Positions 22,837 through 33,447 of a stretch of 64,000 nucleotides of DNA are shown in pieces. The position numbers and the translations under genes were made by a program. The stretch's first letter is position 1. Each line of letters opens with the position of its first letter. The notes below the pieces were generated by a model. The model did not search any database. It was not told where the DNA came from and saw only the letters and a list, made by a program, of their open reading frames with translations. Source of the stretch: Pinctada imbricata (lineage: Eukaryota); assembly GCA_033119305.1 (NCBI GenBank), contig VSWD01000013.1:8623032-8687031 (forward strand), in the 5' to 3' direction.

Positions 22837-23757
22837 CTAGGATCCATACAAGGTCATGGCATTCCTTAGAGTTAACTGCATCAGGTGACAGGGTCCAATG
22901 TTCAGGTAAACTGCAACAAAAGCAGCGGTATCTCCCAGGTATGCTGGAGTGCTGTAAGGTACATTCCCTACGGGGAAGTACGGAGCATCTGTCTCTAACA
23001 ACAATCTGATGCGGGGGATAGCTCGTAACCCTGACTTCTGTTCTTCGTCAAACCTACGGACTGCTGCAGTGACTCCAAAGAAGGTGTTTGGAAAGTCACT
23101 AAGCCAATCGTTGACGACTTGTGACAATCCCGTAAAACAATGAACATGGATTTTCTGTTCTCTGCGACATACCCTCCTCATAATTGCTTGGCATCTACCC
23201 GTCACATCAGAACCATATGTATCACCGGAAGGACCACGAAGATGGAAAACTAGTGGGAGTTCTGGTTTTGACATGCGCAGAACGTTTTCAAAAACTAGCT
23301 CTTGGGCTCGCCATTCTCCAGGTGGAATTGTTCTATCTAACCCAATTTCTCCAAGTGCAGCAACCTTTGGATGTTCGAGGAGTCCATTGAGTGCTAACCT
23401 TTTAGCTGTGGAGAATTTCTGGTAGTGCTTCGGGTGGACACCTGCAGCTACCTTCCAAGGTCCATCAAGCTGGAAATCAGCGGCCGGGTAATTTTGGGGT
23501 TCACTGTACACCACAACTCCACCGACAACGTTAACAGGGACTGATGGACGGTCGACTACTGCCGTGTTTGGACACTGATATGAGTTCCTCCACAGTATGT
23601 CCATTTGGATTATCAGGCCAAATAACTTTGCTCGTTCGATCCAAATGAAAATGGCTGTCAAAAACATTTGGTAATCCTGAAGAAGTTGAGGGCTCATCAA
23701 AATGTTCGCTATGGTCGGAGTCAACGTTGTCGCATTCATCAACAACAATGAGATCAC
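22837..23757 (-). CDS. terminal exon encoding a TatD-family Mg-dependent DNase domain (TATDN2-like); stop at 22837
   Basis: TatD motifs in order: FDSHFHLD (the HxH motif), GVHPKH, AALGEIGLD, LPLVFHLRG, KIHVHCFTG, LLLETDAPYF, then C-terminal ...LTLRNAMTLYGS. The minus-strand acceptor TGTGTTTTCCCAG|GTGATCTC places the exon start at 23757. The N-terminal ~55 aa of ORF 22837..23781 and all of ORF 23531..23785 upstream of that are minisatellite translation. The HxH motif (frame of ORF 23531..23785) and the rest of the domain (frame of ORF 22837..23781) are in different frames, and they overlap in 23531-23605. So the exon contains one frame discontinuity. Confidence 0.8.
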   Translation of the reverse strand: MISLLLMNATTLTPTIANILMSPQLLQDYQMFLTAIFIWIERAKLFGLIIQMDILWRNSYQCPNTAVVDRPSVPVNVVGGVVVYSEPQNYPAADFQLDGPWKVAAGVHPKHYQKFSTAKRLALNGLLEHPKVAALGEIGLDRTIPPGEWRAQELVFENVLRMSKPELPLVFHLRGPSGDTYGSDVTGRCQAIMRRVCRREQKIHVHCFTGLSQVVNDWLSDFPNTFFGVTAAVRRFDEEQKSGLRAIPRIRLLLETDAPYFPVGNVPYSTPAYLGDTAAFVAVYLNIGPCHLMQLTLRNAMTLYGS

Positions 23758-23759
23758 CT

Positions 23760-26397
23760 GGGAAAACACAGTGAAAGTCAATCACAGGAAAACACAGTGA
23801 AAGTCAAACATGGGAAAACACAGTGAAAGTCAAACACAGGAAAACACAGTGAAAGCCAAACACAGTCAAACACAGTGAAAGTCAAACACAGTGAAAGTCA
23901 AATACAGGAAAACGCAGTGAAAGTCAAACACAGGAAAACACAGTGAAAGTCAAACACAGGAAAACACAGTGAAAGTCAACACACAGAACAACACAGTGAA
24001 AGTCAAACACTGAGGAAAACACAGTGAAAGTCAAACACTGATGATAACACAGTGAAAGTCAAACACAGGAAAACACAGTGAAAGTCAACACACAGAAAAA
24101 CACAGTGAAAGTCAAACACTGAGGAAAACACAGTGAAAGGCAAACACTGATGATAACACAGTGAAAGTCAAACACAGGAAAACACAGTGAAAGTCAAAAA
24201 CACAGGAAAACACAGTGGAAGTCAAACACAGGAAAACACAGTGGAAGTCAAACACAGGAAAACACATTGAAATCCGAACACAGAAAAACACAGTGAAAGT
24301 CAAATACAGGAAAACACAGTGAAAGTCAAAAACACAGGAAAACACAGTGGAAGTCAAACACTGATGATAACACAGTGAAAGTCAAACACAGGAAAACACA
24401 GTGGAAGTCAAACACAGGAAAACACATTGAAATCCGAACACAGGAAAACACAGTGAAAGTCAAATACAGGAAAACACAGTGAAAGTCAAACACAAGAAAA
24501 CACAGTGAAAGTCAAACACTGATGATAACACAGTGAAAGTCAAACACAGGAAAACACAGTGAAAGTCAAACACAGGAAAACACAGTGAAAGTCAAAAACA
24601 CAGGAAAACACAGTGGAAGTCAAACACTGATGATAACACAGTGAAAGTCAAACACAGGAAAACACAGTGGAAGTCAAACACAGGAAAACACATTGAAATC
24701 CGAACACAGGAAAACACAGTGGAAGTCAAACACAGGAAAACACAGTGAAAGTCAAACACAGGAAAACACAGTGGAAGTCAAACACTGATGATAACACAGT
24801 GAAAGTCAAACACAGGAAAACACAGTGAAAGTCAAACACAGGAAAACACAGTGAAACTGAAAGTCAAACACAGGAAAACACAGTGGAAGTCAAACACAGG
24901 AAAACACAGTGAAAGTCAAACACAGGAAAACACAGTGAAAGTCAAACACAGGAAAACACAGTGAAACTGAAAGTCAAACGCAGGAAAAAACAGTGAAAGT
25001 CAATCACAGGAAAACACAGTGGAAGTCAAACATGGGAAAACACAGTGAAAGTCTTATACAGGAAAACACAGTGAAAGTCTAACACAGGAAAACACAGTGA
25101 AAGTCAAACAGAGGAAAACACAGTGGATGTCAAACACAGGAAAACACAGTGAAAGTCTTACACAGGAAAACACAGTGAAAGTCAAACACTGATGAAAACA
25201 CACTGAAAGTCAAACATAGGAAAACAGTGAAACTGAAAGTTAAACACAGAGAAACACAGTGAAAGTCAAACACAGGAAAACACAGTGGAAGTTAAACATA
25301 GGAAAACACAGTGAAGATCAAATACAGGAAAACACAGTGAATGCCAAACAAAGGAAAACACAGTGAAAGTCAAACACAGGAAAACACAGTGAAAGTCAAA
25401 CACAGTGAAAGTCAAAAACACAGGATAACACAGTGGAAGTCAAACACAGGAAAACACAGTGAAAGCCAAACGCAGGAAAACACATTGAAATCCGAACACA
25501 GGAAAACACAGTGAAAGTCAAACACAGGAAAACACAGTGGAAGTCAAACACAGGAAAACACAGTGAAAGTCAAACACAGGAAAACACAGTGGAAGTCAAA
25601 CACTGATGATAGCACAGTGAAAGTCAAACACAGGAAAACAAAGTGAAAGTCAAACACAGGAAAACACAGTGAAACTGAAAGTCAAACACAGGAAAACACA
25701 GTGGAAGTCAAACACAGGAAAACACAGTGAAAGTCAAACACAGGAAAACACAGTGGAAGTCAAACACAGGAAAACACAGTGAAACTGAAAGTCAAATGCA
25801 GGAAAACACAGTGAAAGTCAATCACAGGAAAACACAGTGGAAGTCATACACAGGAAAACACAGTGAAAGTCTTATACAGGAAAACACAGTGAAAGTCTTA
25901 CACAGGAAAACACAGTGAAAGTCAAACAGAGGAAAACACAGTGGATGTCAAACACAGGAAAACACAGTGAAAGTCTTACACAGGAAAACACAGTGAAAGT
26001 CAAACACTGATGAAAACACATTGAAAGTCAAACATAGGAAAACAGTGAAACTGAAAGTTAAACACAGAGAAACACAGTGAAAGTCAAGCACAGGAAAACA
26101 CAGTGGAAGTTAAACATAGGAAAACACAGTGAAGATCAAATACAGGAAAACACAGTGAATGCCAAACAAAGGAAAACACAGTGAAAGTCAAACACAGGAA
26201 AACACAGTGAAAGTCAAACACAGTGAAAGTCAAACACAGGAAATCACAGTGAAAGTCAAACATAGGAAAACACATTGAAATCCGAACACAGGAAAACACA
26301 GTGAAAGTCAAATACAGGAAAACACAGTGAAAGTCAAACACAAGAAAACACAGTGAAAGTCAAACATAGGAAAACACAGTGAAAGTCAATCACAGGA
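23760..26397. repeat. 2.6-kb minisatellite, 26-bp unit CACAGGAAAACACAGTGAAAGTCAAA (~100 units, with variants ...GGAAGTCAAA, ...CTGATGATAACACAG..., ...GAAACTGAAAGTC)
   Basis: Continuous array that directly abuts the TatD exon acceptor, so it most likely fills the upstream intron. ORFs 24112..24357, 25727..25918 and 26084..26341 are repeat translations. Confidence 0.95.
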
Positions 26398-26411
26398 ATA
26401 ATAGAATTTAT

Positions 26412-26552
26412 CCCCCGATGTGATCAGGGACAAGGAAATCCAACCCGAGTGTCTAGGATTTGCTTGTACCACGACGAGGCTTGCCGAGTCGTGGACAAAA
26501 GCAAATCATGGACACGAGGGTTGGATTTCCGTGTCCCTGATCACATGTGGGG
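26412..26552. repeat. 141-bp hairpin: 55-bp imperfect inverted arms (~85% paired) around a 31-bp loop that is itself a small palindrome (CCACGAC...GTCGTGG)
   Basis: Left arm CCCCCGATGTGATCAGGGACAAGGAAATCCAACCCGAGTGTCTAGGATTTGCTTGT. Right arm ACAAAAGCAAATCATGGACACGAGGGTTGGATTTCCGTGTCCCTGATCACATGTGGGG. It starts 15 bp after the end of the 26-bp minisatellite. Confidence 0.75.
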
Positions 26553-27364
26553 ATTGATTATTTTTCTCCAACTGTCTAAAAAGCGCTCAAAATTGAGATT
26601 TTATGTATTCTTTTTCATATTATTTCGATCGGCTTATGCAGCAATCAGGTATGACGTCACAATTGACGTAACAGTCAAAAGGCACGTGAAAATGTTATCT
26701 TATTCCATAGGGGTACTGCTAGAATTTGATCTTGTACTTTGGGGCGACAATTTACTTCTGTTTTTGCTACCCATTACACAGAGTGTGTGTAAATTAAAAT
26801 GGGGATTGTGCCTCAAAATTCACTTACCAACGGGTAAGTAGCATTCTAGCTGTTTTCAAGTTACCCGATCTCAATTTTCACTTACCTCGGGTAACGGATA
26901 ATGGAATCCTAGAACACTGATTATATAGTTAATTCCACTGACAGCTAAAAGAAGGGAAAAAAACAAGGCTGGAGCATGATAGAACCCACTCCTCTGCCAA
27001 ACAATAATAAATTGATGAGAACAATTATTAAAAATACGATGAAACAGATGTATCAATGTACATACCATATATCGGGTAAATTTCGTGTCGGGTAATTTTT
27101 GCGAAAATGACCCTAAAAAGGTGTGGCTTTTCTTCGCTGAGTCTTATTTTCGCTAATCTATTAACAAGATCAAGGGTTAAGATCTGTGTCTTTTTTTCGC
27201 TATGTCCATTTTTCGTGATTTGATCATACTCGCGAACTTAGCGAAAATTAGACACATGCGAAAAATTCCTGATATACGGTATGCAAATCATCTTTTTTTT
27301 TTATCCCCTAGCAACTCTGCTGCGTGGGGAATATAGCATCACTGCAGTGTGTTTGTTTGATTGT

Positions 27365-28095
27365 GTGTGTGTTCAGATTCTTGTGAACAGCATTGAAGAC
27401 TAAGTACTTGTATAATCATTATAGAAACATAAAACCTTCCACAAATGTTACCCATTATGAGAGGATGAACCCTATAGATTTTCAAGATCAAGGGTCAAAG
27501 GTCAGTGTCACTGTTGACTTAGGCTGATAAACCTTATGAACAGCATTGAAGACAAAGTAACTATCATAGAAACATCAAACCTTACAAATTTTTCCCATGG
27601 GGAGATGATGAACCTTGTAGATTTTTAGGGTCAAAGGTCAAGGTCACTCTGGACTTCGGCCAAAAAAAACTTTGTGAATAGCATAGAAGACAAAGTAATC
27701 ATCATAGAAATATCAAACCTGACACAAATGTTCTCCATGGGAAGAGGATGAACCCTATTGATTTTCAAGGTCAGTGGTCAAGGTCATTTTGGACTTAGAC
27801 TAAAAACTATGTGAACAGAATAGAAGACAAAGTTAAATCAGAGAAACATAAACCCTTCCAACCCCCCCCCCCCCCCCCCCTGCGGAGAAGATGAACTTTT
27901 TTATGTTTAAGGTTAAGGGTCAAGATCAATTAAGACTTAGGCTAAATAAAAAACTTTATGTGAACAGCATAGAAGATGAAATAATCATCATAGAAACATC
28001 ACATCTTCCACAATAGTCTCCAGTGGGGAGATGATGAACCCTATTGATTTTCAAGGTTTAAGTCCAAGGTCACTGCGGACTTTATTTTAAAGGTG
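27365..28095. repeat. satellite array, ~135-160-bp unit (5 units), marked by GGTCAAGGTCA/GGGTCAAAGGTCA motifs; one unit carries a (C)20 run at 27862-27881
   Basis: Repeated units ...GTGAACAGCATTGAAGACAAAGTAA..ATCATAGAAACATCAAACCTT(C)CACAAATGTT(C)CCCATGGGGAGATGATGAACCCTATAGATTTTCAAGGTCAAAGGTCAAGGTCACT..GACTTAGGC... The same family recurs at 40260..40870. Confidence 0.85.
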
Positions 28096-28243
28096 ATTTT
28101 GCGGATAGAAAAAATCGAGGATGCAATTATGACAAGATTGTACGCTTGCGTTGCCTTTATTAAGTTCAAAACGGAAAATGGTGGAATGCACTGTGGTTCA
28201 ACAGCATATGATTAAAAACAAATCATTAACCATAATTATGCCC

Positions 28244-28281
<38 letters not shown>

Positions 28282-28329
28282 CAATCAAAGATTCGGGGGT
28301 ATTTAGTTTTTGGCCTGTTAGTCTGTCTG

Positions 28330-28790
28330 TTTGTCTGAAAAACTTTTAACATTGGACATAACTTTTGAATGCTAAGTGATAGGTCTTCCATATTTCACAT
28401 GTGTATTCCTTGTGACAAGACCTTTCCGTTGATACCAAAAATTTTGACCTCGGTACCTTGACCTTAACCTTTGACCTACTTTTCAAAAACTTAAACATTG
28501 GGCATAACTTTTGAATGGTAAGTGAAAGGGCTTTCATATTTCACAAGTGTATTCCTTGTGACAAGACCTTTCCATGGATACCAAAATGTTTGATCTTCTG
28601 ACCTTAACCTTGGAGTTCAAGCTACTTTTGATTAACTTTAACTTTGGCCATGACTTTGAATGGTAAGTGATAGGACTTTCATATTTCACATATGAATTCC
28701 ATGTGGCAAGACTTTACCATGGATACCAAATTTAACCTTGACCTCAAAATGTGAAACTACTTTTCAGCTGTTTTACTGTCAAAGATGCCA
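28330..28790. repeat. second satellite array (~150-bp unit, 3 units), related to 27365..28095 but in inverted orientation. Flanked by poly-C runs: (C)37 at 28245-28281 and (C)17 at 28917-28933
   Basis: Units ...TTGAATG(C/G)TAAGTGA(T/A)AGG.CTT.CATATTTCACA.GTGTATTCCTTGTGACAAGACCTTTCC.TGGATACCAAAA.TTTGA.CT....ACCTTAACCTTTGACCT... The motifs CCTTGACCTTAACCTTTGACC are reverse complements of GGTCAAAGGT.AAGGTCAAGG in the upstream array. Confidence 0.7.
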
Positions 28791-30157
28791 AGGGGGCATT
28801 CATGTTTCACAAACACAGATTTTATCTTAAAATTTTGTTGTTTGGGTGAGGTATCATAGCTTGGTCACATACCCTTTCCTTAAGCACACAAGTATAGTCA
28901 AGTACGTATTTTAGCCCCCCCCCCCCCCCCCCTCACGGTATAGACTTGTAGAGGAAGGAAACGGTTCGTGACGACCAAGCTATGTGATATACTCTGTCTC
29001 ATTCTAGAAATACGACGCAGCGATTGTGAAATACTATGTTAATACAAAATCTATTTTTATCTATGATCCCCCATTGTATTGCACCACTTTGACGTCATTT
29101 TGCTAGTCTCAGCAAGTTTGATTGGATAAATAGTCGGGAGCCGGCTTTTAATGCTGTTTTGTTTGGAAATCCCGTACGCTTGAAATAACTATGATCATTA
29201 TGTGACCGATATAATTCTCGAGTAAGACCGGTCCTTTCGCTGATTAAAGGTGGAAAGGAAGTATCTAGGACTGAAATCAATCGTTGTAAGTAAAATAGAT
29301 AAAAATTGATAATATTTATGATGTACTAAATAATTTGTTTGTTCATATTCTCAGTTGTAATCTTGCATTTTACCCTGTTTTCTGTTCTAAATAATATGTG
29401 AAATGCGATTTATTTTCCCCTGTTTCGTCTGAAGAAGAAAAAGTGGTCGACAAAAATTTGGCTAATTTTCAAGATTTCACGGGTCAGGCATTAGCTAGCA
29501 TGTATAAGTATGATAGGTATTCTCAATGATGAACAAGGACTGGGGATTATACTTAATCTTCTACATGTAGATGTTGAACAGTGCCGTACTGTGTAATTAC
29601 TTTCTTATTCGTAAACAACGCGATATCAATAATTCACCAAGACGAGCATTTATAAGGGTAGAAACGGTCGATGCGGACAGTTTTCTCGACCCCCTTTTAA
29701 CCATGTACATCGGTTTGTACTTTACTGTATCGTTGTCAGGTGCATCATATGTATATATGTTATAGTGAATTTAAGTGTGCTTTATAATGTTTGTTTAAGA
29801 TCGAAGGCCTTGGGCATGGATTTAAGTCACGGACTTGACAGAGCATGTCGAGAAAACTTGCTGACAAAATCAATTTGACATATAAGTTTAAATGACCCCA
29901 TTTGTGCTTTAATCGATATATTCTACATTCACATAAGTATAATGATCTACCATGTCTATTGTATAATAAATTGTATTCAGTAGAAAAGGCCTTGTGTGTC
30001 TGAACATTGCTCATTCGAGGGAGGAGTTGGGGGGTGAAGGATAATCCCCCCAAAATACACGATTGTCTGACGTAAACATAGAAAATAGCGTCTTCGTTGT
30101 ACTGTAACAATATTTCGGGAGGACGTGGGGTGGGAGGAGGGATCGAAGCGATTTAAT

Positions 30158-30320
30158 CAGTGGCGGATTCAGGGGGTGTGGAGGGGGCGCCCGCCCCCCC
30201 CCCCCCCCGGCACTGACCCAAAACTTTCCCAAAACAGGTATATTTTGGCCCATTTTCAGTCAAAATCGGCAAAATTCGTCCCTTGACCCCCCGGCAAAGG
30301 GGGCGCTGGATCCGCCACTG
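30158..30320. mobile_element. 163-bp MITE with 13-bp TIRs (CAGTGGCGGATTC / GGATCCGCCACTG), flanked by TTAAT direct repeats, containing an internal (C)n tract
   Basis: TTAAT|CAGTGGCGGATTCAGGGGGTGTGGAGGGGGCGCCCGCCCCCCCCCCCCCCCCCGGCACTG...GGCAAAGGGGGCGCTGGATCCGCCACTG|TTAAT. A related small inverted-repeat unit (GGCGGATCTAGAA...(G)16...TCTAGATCC) lies at 31105-31185. Confidence 0.65.
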
Positions 30321-31376
30321 TTAATGCTATGAAAAACTAAGAGAAGGTCCTCATCTCCCAAACTGACCGCGATTGGGTGGGTGTTGTATGTGTGACAGCC
30401 GTGAAGATCTGAGAAATATCATTTTGTCAGTTATTGATGGTGTAGCTAGAAACTATTGATCGTTCATTTGAGGAAGTTTAATCAAACTAACAGTTACAAA
30501 GTCAGCTCGGAAATACATTTATGGAAGTGTTACAAATGCGATAGAAAAAAATATGTACATGTAGTTGCATAACATTCAAGCAAATGTGAAATGACTGTAT
30601 ATGACGTTGGAATAAGGGGGGGGGGGGGGGGGGTTACCGAAAAAGTTGTAAGGAATGCGAATTCACAATTTGCTTTCGGAAGTCGATCGAAGTCATTTTG
30701 AAACATCACCCAATATTTGACATCAACTAGAACATGTAGAAGTTTTTCAAAATAACGTACGTAATGTTGCAAGCTTTCAACTACCATGGCGTATACACCA
30801 AAAGCCCTGGTATAATATAGTCTTAATCGTCAAGCCGAGGAACCAGACTTTGAGGACACGATTCAAGGTTTTCTTGTACACCGTGTACATGTAATATACC
30901 GATAAATTTAGACCATTCAATATTTAAATAGTACTACAAGTCTACAACTTAGAGTTAGCGACGCACAGTACAAACATAAATATTTACACAGTCACGTGGT
31001 TGTCTTTGCTATAATTTGATGACACGCACCCTTAATCATGTAAAAACTTGTGCATTCGTTAATTTTATGACGACGACGGAGAAAGTTGAGTGACAACATT
31101 GGGCGGATCTAGAACAATTTTCAGGGGGGGGGGGGGGGTTCCAAGCCGATATTGAGGTTAGGAGGGGGTCTCCTCTAGATCCACATTTGACGCTATGACA
31201 ACGGCGATGGTGGTGGTTAATGATGAGGATGATGATAAAACAAAGATGACACTAATTTAATACATGCATTACCAAATTTATGCTTCATAATAAACCTCAA
31301 GTTTTTCTTACTTATACTTGATTCATAAAATTTATTTTCTCATTACAGGATTTGTGTGTAGATATAAATAGATAAG

Positions 31377-31513
31377 ATGGCTACGAGACGGTCTACTGAC
31401 GAGTCTATATACAGGATCCCTCCTTATTACTACCTCCATGTACTGGACCAGAACCTTAACGTCACCAGACTAGAGATTGGTCCACAGACCTTCATCAGAC
31501 AGGACAATGAGAG
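31377..31513 (+). CDS. MVP: major vault protein, coding exon 1 (ATG 31377; preceded by an acceptor at ~31348, so the 5'UTR is spliced)
   Basis: [46 protein letters not shown], compared with human MVP [42 protein letters not shown]. Donor GAGAG|GTAACT at 31514. Confidence 0.9.
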
Positions 31514-32044
31514 GTAACTATTTCTCCAGGCTGTTCATTTCCTATAAGTTCCTCAGAATATATGGCGATTCCTCCCCTCCCCCTGTATTTTGTCAGATTT
31601 CCTATAAATTCCTTTTTTCTGAGGTACTCTCTGTCAAATTTTGAAATGAAGTACTTTCAATGGTATTTTGAATGGAATGTTCAGTTCATAAAGAGTGACA
31701 TGTGTACTAATAGCCAATAGAACTATAAACATGATCAATGATTCATGTAAGGCTGTGTTTGTAATTTTTATGATCATTGGAAAGATGTAACAATTATGAA
31801 GGCTTCTCATCCCCCAGAATACAACTTGTTATAGGCATGATAAGACAGATTGCATTTATTCAGCTACAATCTTTTTCCCAGTGTCAAAATGTACATGAAA
31901 CTGAAAAACAGTACTTCCTGATAAATATCTATCTGTTTGATACAATTTGATGAAGCCAAGTATCAACCTATTAATTTTATTATTTTATCAATAAAACATG
32001 TTTCAAATATGACTTTAAAACTTTGGTACCCTTACTTTACACAG

Positions 32045-32593
32045 GGTTCGTGTTTGGTCCAGAGAAGATGATCACAGTGCCTCCAAGGCACTATTGTATG
32101 ATCGAAAACCCCGTGATCAAAGACAAAGAAAACAAAGTTATTTTTGACGAGAGTGGTCAAGCCAAGCTTGCCCATGCTGACCAGGACATCAGACTTGCCC
32201 AAGATCCCTTTCCCCTGTACCCCTGGGGAGGTGCTCAAACAGGTGGTCACACCCCTTAAAGTTGTGGCTGCAAATGCCGCCCTTCGTTTACGTGCAGTAT
32301 TAGACTTTGAAGATGAAACTGATGAGAAGCGAACTGCAGGTGATGAATGGTTATTCGAAGGCCCGGGAACTTATATTCCACGAAAGGAAGTAGCAATAGA
32401 GGAGACGGTGCGGGCCACTGTCATTAAACCCAATCAGGCCATCAGACTGAGGGCACGGAAGGAAACCATCGACAGACAGGGGTCAGCTAGGGTCACTGGT
32501 GAGGAATGGCTGGTCAAGAAAACCGGAGCTTATCTCCCAGGGGCTTATGAAGAAGTTGTTGATATTGTCAATGCTTTTGTGCTGACTGAAAAG
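32045..32593 (+). CDS. MVP: MVP exon 2 (vault repeat domains). Contains two apparent +1-nt frame discrepancies: at the acceptor (GGG 32044-46) and in the CCCC run at 32221-32224
   Basis: Acceptor TTACTTTACACAG|G. Translation (R)[59 protein letters not shown], then the +1 frame [123 protein letters not shown]. Donor AAAAG|GTACAC at 32594. Confidence 0.85.
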
Positions 32594-32813
32594 GTACACA
32601 TGCTCAAATCAAAGTTTAAAGTCTAATGAATTTTAAATATTTCACCTGTATAATTCAAATGCCAAAAATACTGTAAAGTCACAGGTATTTTGAAGTTTTT
32701 AATCTACCATACATGTACATGTATATTTCTTGAGATAGTGTTGTTAATCTGAATTTTTTTTTCTGAAAAAAAATGCACATGCATGTATCAGTACAAACAT
32801 TAATTTTACACAG

Positions 32814-32940
32814 AAAGCACTTCACATGAGAGCTATGAGAACATTTAAAGATGATTTTGGAGTAGTGAGGAAAAATGGTGAGGAGTGGTTGATTCACCAT
32901 GAAGGACACTGAGACCCACATCCCAGGAGTGTATGAAGAG
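32814..32940 (+). CDS. MVP: MVP exon 3; contains one apparent +1-nt frame discrepancy at 32892-32895 (GATTC)
   Basis: Acceptor TTTTACACAG|AAAGCA. KALHMRAMRTFKDDFGVVRKNGEEWLI, then the +1 frame TMKDTETHIPGVYEEV, compared with human [43 protein letters not shown]. Donor GAAGAG|GTAAGT. As written the frame runs into TGA at 32907. Confidence 0.85.
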
Positions 32941-33336
32941 GTAAGTGTGATTTGGTTGACATTTGCTACTGTTACAATGTAGCTAGAAATGTTCTTTTCA
33001 GATTTGAAAATATGTTTTACCCAATATTGAGATGATGTCCATTGTAAAGGATAGAAAAAAGATAAATGGCATTACTGAAAATTTTAATATATATCCGCAC
33101 AAGTACATGTACAGTAAAACATGAAGGTGATCTTATAATTTCAAGATTTATTGGAGTCTAGAATCATAAATGAATGCAGATTATAATATATCATGACACA
33201 TGTTTTGTATACCATATTTTATGTCACAAATAAATGTTAAAAAGCTTGCATATGTTATAGAATTGATTAATTTTATAGATGTATATCATGAAAATAAACA
33301 TTTCTCTTTAATTTGTTTTGTTTGAATGTTGTATAG

Positions 33337-33447
33337 GTAGCTGGAGTTGTAAATATCACTACGTTAACAAGTCGTCAGTACTGTGTGATCCTTGATCCTG
33401 TTGACGAGACTGGACGTCCTCAACTTGGAAGGAAAAGACTCATCAAG
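33337..33447 (+). CDS. MVP: MVP exon 4
   Basis: Acceptor TGTTGTATAG|[43 protein letters not shown], compared with human [36 protein letters not shown]. Donor ATCAAG|GTATGT. Confidence 0.9.

Noticed and set aside
22837-23785. N-terminal extensions of the TatD ORFs (MTFTVFSQVISLL..., MIDFHCVFP...)
   Set aside because: These residues are translations of the 26-bp minisatellite. A canonical acceptor at 23757 marks the true exon start.
23760-26397. Possibility of a CRISPR array, or a prokaryotic defence or other novel system
   Set aside because: The sequence is clearly eukaryotic: spliced MVP and TatD genes, GT-AG introns, poly-A signals. The regular repeats have no unique spacers and are satellites or minisatellites. 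No prokaryotic gene organisation is present.
32594-32813. Alternative explanation of the MVP frame breaks by tiny introns or alternative splice sites
   Set aside because: No GT...AG pair of plausible length (at least ~50 nt) restores the frame at any of the three sites. Each is fixed by removing exactly one base in a homopolymer.
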